Assembly: GCA_964016885.1 (NCBI GenBank)
Contig: OZ024742.1
Location: 188,790,001-188,854,000 of the forward strand
Origin: Eledone cirrhosa
Lineage: Eukaryota
Direction of reading: 5' to 3'
Length of the DNA stretch: 64,000 bases
The notes under the pieces were generated by a model. It made no database searches. It was not told where the DNA came from and saw nothing but the letters and a program-made list of their open reading frames with translations. Below, piece after piece: positions 44,200 to 60,021 of this stretch; position 1 is the stretch's first letter, and every line of letters begins with the position of its first letter. A program made the translations under genes and the position numbers.

Positions 44200-45040
44200 C
44201 AATAAATTATGTCCATAAAATCATTTGATAAAATATATACACCATCTCCTGTCCCAACCAGCATAATCAACCACACAAAAATACAATTAAACAAGGTTAT
44301 AAGATTAAAAGGCACCTATGAAGAAATAATAGATAAATAAACTACAGCTATCTATTCGCGATCAACTGCTTTAGAATATTTACCCAGCATTTCCAATAGC
44401 ACGTGTAAAAACATTAAATATATCGTCAACCATACACAATTAGGTATAAAATCAAAGTTAGAAGAAAAAATGTATATAAGCATACCAAAATTATATTTCT
44501 ACCACATGAGGTTTCATTCGCATTTTGGAAATATCCGATCAAGGATAAATTCACGATTTCGAAATCAACAGGAAACAAACTCACTTGGACGAAGATTTTT
44601 CTTAAATGATCCCCGCCAGAAACGAATTCAAAATGGCTAAGAACTGTGACGTGGCAGTGGTCAAGTCAGAAAGAATCTGATTGGTATATACATATATATA
44701 TAGTGTGTGTGTGTGTATATATATATATAGTGTTAGTATCATAAATAAGAGACAGTTTAATTTGTACATTTTATTACAGCATTCCTTTATACGTGTATAT
44801 ACATACGTAAACACGTTATTTACAGTTGTATAAAAAAGAAGTATAATTGCTTCAACGTTTGGCCAGCAATTATCTCAGTACATTACTAGTGCTTTATTAT
44901 ATATAATATATATAATACGACATTCCTCTCTCTTTTTTACTCTGTCTTTTTAGATAGATACATAGCTACAACGTTACGCCCTTATAATATGTATGTATGT
45001 CGGCCTGTCTGCATTGACTTCGCTTTTAACCAACGTTTAA

Positions 45041-45045
<5 letters not shown>
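41860..45045. repeat. old tandem duplication of a composite block (~41860-43740 versus ~43760-45045)
   Basis: Colinear matches 41900-42200~43780-44090, 42262-42560~44212-44510 and 43400-43740~44722-45040. Confidence 0.7.
42549..42626 (-). ncRNA. hammerhead ribozyme with extended stem II
   Basis: tatctc-CTGATGA-aaCCT...AGGaa-GAAA-CCATGG-TA-gagata; palindromic stem III. Confidence 0.7.
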
Positions 45046-45111
<66 letters not shown>

Positions 45112-45126
45112 ATTATATATCCTTGT

Positions 45127-45318
45127 ACATATTTTCAACAGTAATACTATACTATATATTTTCAACGGTAATACTATACTATATATTTTCAACAGTAATA
45201 TTATACTATATATTTTCAACAGTAATACTATACCATATATTTTCAACAGTAATACTATACTATATATTTTCAACAGTAATACTATACTATATATTTTCAA
45301 CAGTAATACTATACTATC
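45127..45318. repeat. 27-bp minisatellite (ATATTTTCAACAGTAATACTATACTAT) x7
   Basis: Direct tandem units. Confidence 0.9.
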
Positions 45319-46621
45319 TATCCAATCCAGAGACGTCTCACTCATGTTGGAGGGATCCCTCCCTTGTTTCTCTTTGCCGTTTGCTATTTGTTCTGGAAAC
45401 TTCAGGGGTGTAGCCATACTCACCACGCTTATGTGCGTGTGTGAGTGTATGTATGTATGTATATACATGGTGGATTGTTTATTTCAATTTTGGATTCTAT
45501 ACCGTAACCTAGTGGTTCGACAGAATAAAATATAAAATCAGTAAAAAGTCGAACCAAGGAAGTACTGGGCTCAACATGTCCAAGTAAATCCCTTCAGGGT
45601 GGTGCCTTAGACTGGCCGCCGTCTCTGGCTGAAACCAATAACAGAATACTATAATAAAAAATAAAACAAGAAATATATAAACATGGCTCACAATTGTTAT
45701 TTTCTATGTTCCTTTTTCCATTTCAATCGTGTCCTTGATAAGTTTACAGTAATACAAAACATTAAATTATGGATTACAAGGATTAATTTACAACAACATA
45801 ATGTGAAATGAAACAAATTATTGTAAACATGCACAGATAAAGGTTTCTATTCGTAATCAGTTGCATATGACGAAAAATCAATGATATATCTGATAGCAAT
45901 AAACATCTAAGAACATGATTAACAAAAGTAATAATAATTAAGTCATTGTCAAGTGAATGCTCACTGTTAATAATACAGAGGCCAAGTTATTCAAATAACA
46001 AAATTAGGGAATTTATGTAGAGAAAATATACATATAAAAATTTAAAAAACAAGCCGGAGGACTCTATAATTAAAATATGAAACCGATTTGAAAATAATGA
46101 TTTTTAATTTAGGCACAAGTTCAGCTATATTTTGGAGGATAATGTCGATGAAATTGACACTAGTACATGACTGGTACATTATTTAATCTACCCCGGATGA
46201 AAGACAAAGCTGATTTTGAAATTGACCGGAGTTTTAAGTTATATCGCAGAGATCCGGACAAAATAACACACAGCATTTAATCCGACATTCTAATAACTCT
46301 GCCAATTTGAAATCTGATCTCTGATACAGTGGGATGAAAACTTAGAACATAAAAATCTGAAACAAATAGCACAGGGCATATTATCCGAGGTACTAATGAT
46401 TCTGCCAACCCATCGATCCCTAAACAGTTATTAAAATAATCACAATTTGAAAACTTACTTGTATATAATTATTGTTTTTCTTGGTCGTAAGTTTTTATCC
46501 GTAACGGTTTACGACGTGAGCTAATTCTTTCTTATACCTATATACCGAAGTACACAGACGGACATCTGTACGCGTCGATTGTTCTTCCCTGCGTACACTA
46601 CTATGGGTCGATTCCCTAACA

Positions 46622-46659
<38 letters not shown>

Positions 46660-46662
<3 letters not shown>

Positions 46663-46860
46663 ATAGAAATGGCTTCTACAGGACTAGAACTGTTTCATTC
46701 GGGAGAAATGATCAGGGCTCCCTGATGATTTCTCCCGAACGAAATTGTTCTAGTCCTGTAGAAGCCATTTCTATATCGAATATTATATATTAAATATTTA
46801 TAATCTGCTATTTATTGTGTACCTTACTTACTGTGGTTACCCCCGATTGAACCCGGGATA

Positions 46861-46865
<5 letters not shown>
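46660..46865. mobile_element. fold-back (46660-46777) with HHR (+ 46716-46766), TA-flanked; same family as 32054-32175
   Basis: ggctcc-CTGATGA-tTTC tccc GAAc-GAAA...CTG-TA-gaagcc; the symmetry axis lies in stem I. Confidence 0.8.
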
Positions 46866-46934
<69 letters not shown>

Positions 46935-47066
46935 TATATATATATATATATTCATATATATATATATATTCATATATATATATATATTCATATATATATA
47001 TATATTCATATATATATATATATATATATAATCATATATATATATATATTCATATATATATATATA

Positions 47067-47142
<76 letters not shown>

Positions 47143-47530
47143 AACTTGGACAGAGATGTGTATTTCCACGCTAAATATGTATGTAAAAATTAATAATGTT
47201 TCTTCCCCTTTTTATTATTCGTGTAAATATGCAACATAACTACATGATGCATATCGGCAGCTCAAAAAGCATATAATGCTGAAATGCGGAAATTTCCTCG
47301 TTATAAATAAATAAATATTTTGAAATTTTACTGATTTTTCTAATGAAAAAATATTTTTACCCTGTCCTATTTGTGTGTATATATATATATACTCGCTAAG
47401 AATGTAGCTTCTAATTTGAATGGAAGGAGATGGGTGACGTGTTGGTGTAATGGTAGCACAGTGGTCTGGATAACCAAAGATGTGGGTTCGACTCCCATGT
47501 ACATCAATACTCATATATATATATACGTAT

Positions 47531-47581
<51 letters not shown>

Positions 47582-48244
47582 TTCAACTCTATATTTAATG
47601 ATTAGTTTAAAATTGGATCTATATTTCTCATCTGAACTGGGATGTGTTAATAGATTCATTCGTAGCGGAATGAGATACATACAGAGTGGTTATCCATTCA
47701 AACCACTTGTAGATATGTATATTGGTCATCTGCGGTGTAATCGCGCAATTTGGCTTTATATGCTGAAGTATAAAAAATAAGAAAAAATTATTATGGTTAA
47801 CTCATAGTGACTGATTAGATATATAAGTGATATTGCTTTAGGTTTCATGAAAATTAATTCCAGCAGGTGAAACTTTATGAGGAGACGAAAATATGTTTCA
47901 GCCATATGCTCGTGAAAAGTGAAACAGAAAGTTGGGGAGAGAAGAAATTCACATATAGAAGCAAAATATCGCGGCCTATACCTGGTGAGGATATAGGAAG
48001 ACAAAACACACAAGTTAAAGTCTGCTCTTTGTCAAGAGGTCCGTCTGATAAGAAGTTATCCCGGTCACTTTGGAGGTAAGTGACTGAGACTATTGATCAG
48101 ATATAATCCCCAGTCAGAACTAGTACACATTTTAATAATTATGCACTAAGGTAACGAAAAATAAAATGTTTTTCTCATGAAAACATCGAACCTACATCAT
48201 TACGATCAAAGTCACAACGCCATAACTCGCCCTCTCTCTCCCTT

Positions 48245-48750
<506 letters not shown>

Positions 48751-49032
48751 AGAGATATTCATTAATTAAGCTGAAATAGGGAATCTTGTTTCTTTGGGGT
48801 ATTTCGCGTGCTTATTAGCTTATTATAGGGTCATCCGACATGAACTGTTCTTTGTTGATGACCCGGGAATAGAAAGGCGAGACAACACAGTAACAAGACT
48901 CACTCTTTAGCCTTAATAAATAAATATTAAAACTCTAGTATGGTATTGAGTATTATTTTATCTCCACCGTGGAGTACGTGTGCGCGCGCACGCACGCACA
49001 CACACATATTCCAAATGACACTTCCTGGATAT

Positions 49033-49099
<67 letters not shown>

Positions 49100-49437
49100 A
49101 AAGATATATATAGGGAACATCATTCACAAGAAAGTTGGTTTGTAGACATATTTTGTGACTAACACGAGCAAAATATTGATATCCAAAGATATATTAGCAG
49201 ACATGCTTGATAGATATAGGAAATTAAAGTTCCGTGCTTTCTCGGTTATCTACTAGAAACTTTCATTACAATTATATGAATATATATCATTACAGTATTT
49301 ATGTCATTGAAACAGATTATAGATTTCATTGTAAGAAAATTAGTGTCATTTATTATCTATCTATCTAGTTGATGTCAAACATGTAGTAGGCACAAGAAAC
49401 ATGACAACTCCCCATAAATCCCTAAACTATACCTATC

Positions 49438-49507
<70 letters not shown>

Positions 49508-50017
49508 GGTTATCGTGTTTGAGCTCTATTGATGAACGATTCCAACCGTGACCATCCCTACTGAAAGTTTCGTGAAATAGTCTTAAGACTATATAGAGCA
49601 TTTGTAGTTTTTCCAAATTGAAGGATGAGTATTTAAACATTATTTTATTCAGAGTTAAGGCTCTGTTGAATTTTCCCTGGATTTCACAAAATCTGTGGAT
49701 AAATCTATGTCTTGATTTTTTTTTAATAGAGTTTGAATTATTTTCCCATATCTTACGTTAATTATTTTTCCATTTTGACGTTATAGTCACTTATATATTA
49801 TGAAATACTGTTTGCTACATGCTCACAATAATTTCTATACTTTCATTTATATATATATATATATATAAAACATCTGTTTAGCATTTTATTTAAGACGGAA
49901 GTTATTAAAACTGGTCGTTTCAACAGTAATTGGAGAGGTACACATTTCGATTTCCATAGCTCCTGATGTCTTTCCGTTCTTATCCAAATTATTTGTCGAA
50001 ATCGACTGTTTACAATT

Positions 50018-50059
<42 letters not shown>

Positions 50060-50071
50060 ATATATATATAT

Positions 50072-50107
<36 letters not shown>

Positions 50108-50110
50108 TAA

Positions 50111-50147
<37 letters not shown>

Positions 50148-51148
50148 GAGCGAGAGAGGGAGAGAGAGAAAGAAAGAAAGAGGAAAGGGAGAAAGAGAGA
50201 GAGAGTGAGAGAGGGAGAGAGAAAAAAGAAAGAGAGAGAGGTAAAACGTGAAGTTGAAATTGCACAGAAGTATGTGGAAAGATTCGTTTTTCTTTAATCT
50301 GACAGAATGAATAATTTAAAAATGTTTGTAATAAATATAACCGGTTTCGATTCGTATAAAAATGTTATCAAATATTTTTTTTATGTTTTTTTCGTGCGTT
50401 CCGTGAGCAGTTCGAATATATATCTGTGTGTGTGTGGGGGGGGGGGTATATGTGTGTGTGTGTATGTGTGTGTGCGCGTGTATGTGTGTGTGTAGTGTGT
50501 ATGTGTGTGTGAATATATACATGTGCAGTAGAGACTATTCCTAAAAGATCCCGCGTTCAAGTTGGGGATTCATCTTTGGTTCAACATATTTTGGGTTTGA
50601 AAATATTAATGAAACTTTATGTGAATATTTGCAAGGAATTATTAACTATTATTAACAAATTTTGAGAGAGAGAGAACAAAAACAGTCTATTGATAATTAA
50701 AGACAGGAGGCCATATTTGTTTTATAGAAAAAAAAGTCGTGCACCAGATTAGGTTGTGAAGAAAAATAAATATGTCTTCTATTCTTGTTATCAAGCGAAC
50801 AAATTAATTTTGAAGTGTGGCATGACATATTTTCTTTTAAAATGTTTAAAATGAATGTATGACAGCAACATTGAGCTGTGTTCATGTAAATATTGACATT
50901 TTCAAGGTGGATATTATTGATTTCTTTGGGGTTATTCTGAAATAGGATTTTAATTTTTGTTGAAATAACCAGAGGGAATTTTGAAACAGTGATAGCAGAG
51001 AATGCACATTATAATACTTGCTCTATTCATTTAGCATACATACATACATATAGACTAACACACGAAACACAGTTATTTCTGTATCTGTATATATGTTAAT
51101 ATATATATATATATATACGTTTCTCATGTTTACATATATATGTGTAAA

Positions 51149-51214
<66 letters not shown>

Positions 51215-51391
51215 TAAACGGAAAAGAAAATGCTGACAAATTGTTCCCAGTGAAAAATAGTTTAATTAGGAATAAGTAAAAATTAGTAATAGTATTGGTT
51301 AGTATTCAGTTTTGGTTTTAGTTTTACCGGTTGCGCATTTCTAATGCTTTTCAAAAATAATTTTGAGATAGAGCGCCCGTGATGTTTGCTC

Positions 51392-51604
<213 letters not shown>

Positions 51605-52065
51605 TGTATATATGTATATATATATATTCTTACATATATATAGATGTAGCTATGTATGTATTTATGTGTGGGTGTATGAGGATGAGGAAAAAGCATAATC
51701 AATGCATATTTTAATACTTATATGGAGATAGCATAATCTTCCAGGCGTAAGGCTCGTAGGCAAGAAAGTACTATTTCTGTTTGTATTGTTTAATCTATAG
51801 CTCATGTTTTCATTATTTTCCGCTTCTGTAGTGTTTAGGAAACATTACATTGGGAATGTGGATTGCGATATTAGCTTCTGATCAGCAAACATCAAAGTGG
51901 AATGGGCAGCAACTGTGTTTAGTTCACCTATAGGAGATGTCCTTCTCTCATCAAATGCTGACGAGCTGCCAAATTGCATACTGATTCTTCTAGCCAATTA
52001 ATACCCATGCAGATAAGCACATATAGAAGTGCACACACACGCACACACACACACACACACACACA

Positions 52066-52155
<90 letters not shown>

Positions 52156-52216
52156 GTTGATTGGCAGAGTAAATGGTATATATTTTATTTATCTAATAAT
52201 TCTATAGACATGATTT

Positions 52217-52264
<48 letters not shown>

Positions 52265-52274
52265 TCTGTATATA

Positions 52275-52310
<36 letters not shown>

Positions 52311-52311
52311 A

Positions 52312-52572
52312 TAAAATAATAAAATGTAAGTCAAACATGTAAAATGTGGCTTCGTTTATTATACATTCTCTGGTATATATACTCTGCTATATTCGGTGTC
52401 ACCGAGAAATATATATAGCAGAGAATTTATAATAAACGAAGCCAAATTTTACATGTTTGACTTACTTATCTTATTTTACATTACTCCGGAGTAAACAAAC
52501 CAACCACGGTACTTCGTCAAGTGCTCCAATATGCATACTGAAGTGTCGGTAAACAACCAACATATACTCAAT
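52312..52572. mobile_element. fold-back tail with 3' half of an HHR; homologous to 58268-58435
   Basis: Arms 52312-52380 / 52410-52480; GAAA-TATATA-TA-gcagag. Confidence 0.75.
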
Positions 52573-52596
52573 ATATATATATATATATATATAACA

Positions 52597-52643
<47 letters not shown>

Positions 52644-54131
52644 TATTGTATTTTGCTAACTGGGTTCATTAGCGTCCCTCTACATTCAGTTATCTGTTCT
52701 ATTAAAGGCTTAACAATACAGATTTCCTAACAATTCGTCAATCTATCAATTGCCATGTCCCCTATGAAGCTCTTCGCCGAGGAAAATATAAATTAGAGAC
52801 ATAATGTTTCTTCAAAGGAAAGTAATTTACTTGCAAAATGAACAACTTGGGTAAATGTTGTAGCCTAAAATAACCTGAAAAGAGAAACTCGAATCCAAAT
52901 TTCATCGGGTGGCTCTTTCGTCAACTGATCCTAGATATTTTAAAACTCGATTCATAATGCTAATTATTGAGAGGAAATGGCTGATACTAATAGTGTGTTG
53001 TGTAATTAATAAGACATTAAATTAGGTACATTTTTAACTTACTATATATTTTATATTGTACTCACCGCAGTAACTGAAATTTGACGAGTGACTGTTTGTC
53101 TGTTATCAATATTCCATAGGGGTTAATTGCATTTATCAGACTCCAGAATTGTGTATGTCTATTTTGTACAGAAAAATACTGTTTGTATTACAAGTACGCT
53201 TCTATGAATATTAAAATATTCTCTTTATCCTCTAAGGGAGTTTAAGGTTATTAGCGTTTCGTGATGTTTAAGATTCTTATCTTTGGAGTTTAAGCTGATT
53301 ACATCTCTTTGGAATGTTCTCGACATGGGGAATAGACGTCATGAATGGACATTTCTTAAATCAACATAGAAACCCACGGCACCTCATGAATATTTTTCAT
53401 AATCTCAGCGGACAAAATGACGGATGCCTTAGCTAAAAGGATAGCGTAGGAGGTTTTTCCAACAAACGGTGTATCTTTAGTTTAAAGAAACATGAAGTTG
53501 TATTTTTATGTAAAGACTCTTATATAATATTGGTTTCTGATATTTTATAGATAATTTTTTTCTAATTTAGGCACAAGGCGAATAATTTAGAGGAAGGGGA
53601 AAGTCGACTATATCGACCCCAGCAATTAAATGGTATTTATTTTGTCGTCCTCGAATGGATGGCAGGCACAATTGACCTCAGCGGAAATTGAAGTCAGAAC
53701 GCAAAGAGCTCGAACAAATACTGCTACGTCTTTGTCCGACTCCTTAATATCTCTAACAACCTACTGCTCACTGTTATGTAATATCCAAAGGACTAACCGA
53801 GTATTGTATTTACTCTCAGAAAATAACAATTCATTTTAATTTTTTAATAAATATAATGTATTTTAGAGTAAATGAATACCTTTCGGTCCTATCATTAAAA
53901 GAAATCACAATTTCTCTCTGAAGATAGGGTGTGATTTTTATATATTTAAAAGAGAAATATTGCTTTTAAAGTGGATATTTTTGTTCATATGATGTAGCTT
54001 TCCGTTTATCTTTATATTTGACAATTATGTATCTGACTAGGTAAGTGTTGGTAGGTCTTGAGTGTCTCCTTCTTTGTTTAAATTTACCTGTAATATATAA
54101 ACTCTCATATAGTTACATTAAATGCAGGATA

Positions 54132-54420
54132 TCTTTCTTCAGACGCTAAACTCCGCTAGTTGCAGACAGGGCTTCAACATGAGAGATTTTTCTCCACAAT
54201 GTTCGATCACCAACAGCAGCGTTTAAAGAGCAAAGGTCAAGTCCAGTCCATAGGTTGACATTATGAAGCCATCGTTTTGGCGGCCGACCTCTCCTCTTAC
54301 CATCCAGCTTTCCTTCTAGACATAACTTACTCACAACACAAGTTGATCTTTTGATATGGCCGTATAGATTAAGCACTCTTGACCTGACAATGGATTTGAT
54401 TGGTCCAAGCCTGATGAGGC
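54132..54420 (-). mobile_element. LINE (RTE-like) 3' fragment
   Basis: LNLYGHIKR...LEGKLDGKRRGRPPKRWLHNV...DRTLWR. Confidence 0.82.
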
Positions 54421-56098
54421 AGGATATACATATCTATAAATCATGTGATAATTATTTAGTCAGAGGCATTAAGGAGATGACCATGTAAATTAGACAGGAA
54501 AAACAATATGAATCTTTTATTTGCATAATGCATTCAACCAACCCCATAACACCACCATCATCACATTTGCTGTACCTTTGAGAGAGGAAGTGCACAGTGT
54601 TGTTATACTGTGCATATACGAAATTGTAAGGAAGGTTTAACTGGGTAGTCGACGTACAAAATTAACACCCAATTCTACATCACATCGTCTCACTCTCCCG
54701 ACTTATTAACGGTTTCTAATACAGGCAATAGCCTCACAATTTGGGGTAGGAGAAAGTTGAGTAGATCGACCCAAGTACATTATTTTACTGAAACCAGAAG
54801 GATGAAAGCCGAAGTTTACGTCAGGAGGATTTGAATACAGAAGACAAAGAGTCGAAGCGATATGTGGCAAAACATTTTGTCCGATGCACTAAAGATTTTG
54901 AAGAACTACCATAATTATTTCTATCTTAGTAATGAAAGTAAAAATATAATGGATATTATAGTCATTAAAATTCATAATCGTCATTATTGAAGTAGTTTCA
55001 ACGCAATCAGGATTGATCTTGAAATAGAAGTTTATATATGCAATCCGTTTGCCTTTGCTCGCTGTAAACTTTCCAAACAAAATTATATCATCGTCTTCTT
55101 TTTACACCTTAACTAATGAACACGACTTTATAAATAAATAACTGTAATTATTTTGACCTTTGTAAAGCAGAATATGACATCAATGTCCAATATCTACGAG
55201 AAGACGGGGTTTTATTTCATTATCATATTTGTTTACACTTGTGAACTTGATTGAATGTTCTTCGTAAAATTTTATATTAATGAAAATATAAAAAAGAATA
55301 ACACACAAAAAAAAATTAATTAAAAGTTACAAAATGAAGGAATATATTTTCATATTATCCTACAATGAAGTCCTTTGGGATAATTGCATCTGAAACACTT
55401 CAGGCTCAGCAATTAGAGTTAATTAGTGATAAGGCATGTGATGCAAGTACTGTTGATTAAACATTGTTATTTCGAGTTATATTACACTTCCTCAGAAAAC
55501 ACCCCCAGGAAATTAAAATGAGAAAACTTTCCAGTATAACGAAAAAAATATAATCGTGCGAAGAAATGATTCGCTTATTGAAATAATTATTATTTCAGTT
55601 CTTGTTAATAATATTTACAGTGACGGTTACTTTCAGCATTTAGTATTTTCAATTTATATTTTGAATGTTGTTGGTTGAATTTCATATAGTATTAAAAACC
55701 GCAATGATTTGAATTTCACTGTGAGTATGTATATATGTTATATTCATGTTGTTGAAATTTAGTTCCTTAATTAAAAAATTAGCACAAGAGTTGACGGAAG
55801 TTTAAACACGTTTAATGAAAAGTGTTACTTTAAAGAAAATTAAGTTAGAGAAAATTAAAATAATGACAGGTTGGTTAAACTATTTATTAAACTTTTTAAT
55901 AATAAAAAGGTAGAACTGTTAGATAATGCTTACATTTATTGAGGTGTGATGCGCGTTTCGTGATTGATCAGCTCAAGGTTCGGTCTGCAACGATCTGGCC
56001 GAAATCTGGAATAAAATGCTCTTCGGATTTCTGTTATAGTAATATATAAGTATATATAAATGTATATATATATAGAGAGAGAGAGGAGTTTACACATA

Positions 56099-56150
<52 letters not shown>

Positions 56151-56243
56151 TGGAACAGCAATAAGATTTCGCTTCAAGCATAGCTTTATACAATATGTAA
56201 AGAAATTTCGTATTTCTAAAGAAATACGGATTTAGGAAGCCGG

Positions 56244-56287
56244 ACCGTCCTGATGAAGGCCAGCCAAGCCTGAAAAGCATAGGCGGT
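56244..56287 (+). ncRNA. minimal type I hammerhead ribozyme
   Basis: accgtc-CTGATGA-AGGC cagccaa GCCT-GAAA-AGCA-TA-ggcggt. Confidence 0.82.
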
Positions 56288-56310
56288 TTCCACCTTGCTT
56301 CTGCTGGGCA

Positions 56311-56324
56311 CCAGCAGAGGGCGC
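56311..56324 (+). promoter_or_regulatory. CTCF-consensus-like motif
   Basis: CCAGCAGAGGGCGC matches the CCASYAGRKGGCRS core. Confidence 0.3.
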
Positions 56325-56395
56325 TAGCCCCCCGGGGTTTGCATAGCTACGGCTTCCTAAAACCGTATTTCTTCAGACATACGAAATGTCTATAC

Positions 56396-56473
<78 letters not shown>

Positions 56474-58222
56474 TTTGTTTCTAATATGTAGACATCTCAC
56501 TGAAATTAAAAATAAAATATCCACTCGGGGAAGTGAGATATATTAAACTTCATCGAAAATCTGAATATGCTAGACCGACTAAAATTTGTCGATTTTACTT
56601 ATAGTTGTCCGACCCTGGTTTCTGGAATTCCAAAAAACAGCATTAGTCATTCAAAGACATTGGAATAACAAATATTGGAAGAATTACATTTCCTTCATCG
56701 GGGGAGATTTCTTTGGAATACGGGAAGAAGTTGAATATATATCATACATACTATGCCGTTGCCAAAACGCATGATCTCAAACGTGTTGTGTCGCTGAATT
56801 ACATGAATATATCCCACTCAATTTATTAAAACAAGGCAACGGGTTTATGTTGACGCTGGAAATAGCAGCCAAATCCGTCTAAATCTGCTCAACAATGATG
56901 GAGCAATTAATACTAATTTTTAAAGTTAACTGTCTGTAATATGTAGACATCTCAATGAAAGGATATTATATATCAATAAATTATCTACTCTAAGAGGTAA
57001 TAAAATATATTTAATTGAAACCAATTTTTCCAATATTGGTTATTCAAATGTCTTGAAATGATAAATGTTTTTGTTTTTTTTTTTATTCCAGAAACCTTAG
57101 TCGGGAACTGTATAGTTAAAATTGACTTATTTTAGATGATATAGCTCATCTGATAATTTCCTTTAAATAGAACTCTGGATCAACCCCTTTACTTCCCTCT
57201 GAAGAAGAGATATTATTTCGAAATATAAGGATATTCAAATAAATTTAAGGCAAAAGACTAATTGTCAGCGATATCTTTTGCATTTGTATTTATATTCTAT
57301 ATCCATACCTGCATTGTGCTGGCCTTCTAACTTCAAACATTCATGTATATATATATATATATATAAATGTGAGAAAGTAAGGTTTTTTTAAATGTCCCGC
57401 ACGGGTAATAGAATTTCAAAAATGCAACGATCCTTTTAAGACTATTGACTATATCGGTTTCACAGTTCTTATGATTATGAAAATTAAAATTAAAATCTGA
57501 AACTGATAAAATAAATGAATATTCTAAAAGACTCCAGATTATAAGAGTGTTCAAATTTTTGATCTCGTCACCAGGCGCTTAGTCATGTTTGAAGATACTG
57601 TTATAAACATAGCGTGTTAAACTCATCTTTAAGAAAACATAGTAAAACAAAGGGAAATAATTCAAAGATGAAAAATTTGAAATGACACTAGGTATAAGTG
57701 TGTTAGCGTGTGTTCAATACAACAGATTTATAGTATTATGTGGTGGTATGTAATATAGAAATGCTTATATATATTAAGTTATGGAGTTGAGCAATGTAAA
57801 AGGTGTGGAAAGGAAAAGCGATTGAAATCAAAATTAATGTGACAGAAAATCGATTAAATTTATTGAGGGTTTCCATTTACCAAGAGGAAGGAAATGTAAA
57901 CATCCTCTAAATATTTCGTCATTAATATTCAAATAATCTTTGTTCGTTGATGACAAATCTTGGTAAATACTAAATTTTTCAGAAGATCACAAATTTGGGC
58001 TTTGAAACCTCAAGTGCCCCTTTTGTTCCGTGTATGAAAATAAAGAGTTAAAATAAAAATAAATGATAGGCTCTAATACCCTTTTTTTCCTTTTTATTTT
58101 TCACTTCCACCGATATTTTCCTACACACACACACACCATGTATATATACGCTTTCATATCAATGGATCAACAAGGTAAAATCTATTCCAACATTTTATGT
58201 TTTCCTGTTTTTTCTGTTCAAG

Positions 58223-58289
58223 TTCTTACCGCCTGATGAGGTCATAGCTGTTGAATAATGGCTATCACTGAAATATATATGGCAGCGAA
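58223..58289 (+). ncRNA. hammerhead, decayed cleavage site
   Basis: gc-CTGATGA-GGTcATAGCTGTT gaat AATGGCTATcACT-GAAA-TATATA-TG-gc. Confidence 0.65.
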
Positions 58290-58513
58290 TATGAATAAAC
58301 GAAGCTAATTTTAACCTGTTGACTTACACTTCTTCCTTTTACATTACTCCGGAGTAAACAGAACCAACCTGCGCACGTCGTTGAGGGCTTTAACCTGCAT
58401 ACTGAAGAGTCGGTAAACAACCAACACATACTCAGAATTATATATGCATATATATATAAATTAATAAAAACAATGAATAAAAACAAAGAACAAGTTCCTT
58501 ATATATAAAAAAT

Positions 58514-58649
58514 TCATCATTTTACCATCGTTTCTAGGATATATATGTGTGTTGGTATGTATATCATATAGATCTATGTAAAAATATTACAAACTATTAG
58601 AGGAAATATACATACCTTCACATATATATGCTGTCTTCAGAAATAACGA
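58514..58649 (-). ncRNA. hammerhead with long stem II, homolog of 7667-7815
   Basis: tcgttattt-CTGAAGA...GAAA-CGATGG-TA-aaatgatga. Confidence 0.65.
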
Positions 58650-58994
58650 GATTTGTTTATTGAAAAAAACCAACAAAAATTTAATATAATAGGTCTGTAC
58701 AATAGGAACAGGTTTTGAATTGACCAATAGAAAAGTAGTAAGAGGTCAAGTGGATAGAATTGTAGTAGTAGAAATTTTATTTAGGGGTAGAGGAATGCAG
58801 ACTTATGTTTTGAATGAAAAGAATACTTTGGGGATGAAAAGAGGTCAAGCGATGGAAGGGTACACGATAATTTGATGTTATTAAAGAATAATGTTGCAAA
58901 CGAAGGAGAGTAAAATTTTAGGGTAAAGGTATTAATGAGAAATACCAATATTATTTAAAACACAAGGAATTTAGATCTATAAAAAGAAATTAAA

Positions 58995-59050
<56 letters not shown>

Positions 59051-59158
59051 GTAGGAGGTGAGTTTTATTGTAGTACAATAAAGCAATGCAGATATCGGAT
59101 AAGAAGCACTCTACACTTTGTAGGACTGGAGTATACATAATATATAAGAACAGAAGAT

Positions 59159-59241
<83 letters not shown>

Positions 59242-59272
59242 ATGTATTTATATATGTATATATATATAAACG

Positions 59273-59336
<64 letters not shown>

Positions 59337-59425
59337 AAAGTTCTATTTAAATTGTTGGGATACAACAAGCAAATATTTTTATAACTGATATAAAGCACTC
59401 GACAAGTATTTGGAGTAAATATACA

Positions 59426-59806
59426 ATATTAACAAATGGAAACTATATTTATAAAACCATATTTATTTTATTATACATATTTCAAGGATAATATGTTAAA
59501 TTATGGTATGCTTTCATCAGACAAAATACAATATATACCAGTTCTATAAATAAATATTGACATACCCTTTCAAAATCAGGGATAGTGCATTTGTTTATCT
59601 TATCCTAAGATAAACAAATCCACTATCCCTGATGTCTTCCAAAAGTAACGGTTGCATTTTGAAAGGGTATGTCAATATTTATTTATAAATCTGGTATATA
59701 TTGTATTTTGTCTGATGAAAGAATACCGTAATTTAACATGGTATCCTTAAAATATGTATAATAAAATAGATATGGTTTTATAAATATAGTTTCCATTTGT
59801 TAATAT
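59426..59806. repeat. fold-back with nested hairpin (59576-59632) and an HHR in each arm
   Basis: ~150-bp arms. Confidence 0.9.
59464..59528 (-). ncRNA. type I hammerhead (+ copy at 59704-59768 has AAAA for GAAA)
   Basis: tattttgt-CTGATGA-AAG...CTT-GAAA-TATGTA-TA-ataaaata. Confidence 0.72.
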
Positions 59807-59819
59807 CGTATATATATGC

Positions 59820-59880
<61 letters not shown>

Positions 59881-59883
<3 letters not shown>

Positions 59884-60021
59884 CGAAGGAAATGTGGTAG
59901 GGAACCAGGTGGACCATAACGACGCACCAAAGTACTCAATGCTTAGGGTAGTAGCGTGGGTAATAGGAACGAGTAGGACCCCGACGGCTGAGCTCAAGCC
60001 GTTTCGATGGCTAATTCTGGA

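Larger units (their letters stand above)
56192..56400. mobile_element. short element with ~50-bp inverted arms (56192-56242 / 56350-56400) enclosing an HHR
   Basis: Imperfect inverted repeat, TA-flanked. Confidence 0.8.

Noticed and set aside
45127-45318. CRISPR-like 27-bp repeats
   Set aside because: No spacers, eukaryotic context; a plain minisatellite
57196-57230. cct-CTGAAGA-aGAGAT att ATTTC-GAAA-TA-TA-agg
   Set aside because: HHR-like, but stem III is too short and stem I only 3 bp; at best a decayed copy
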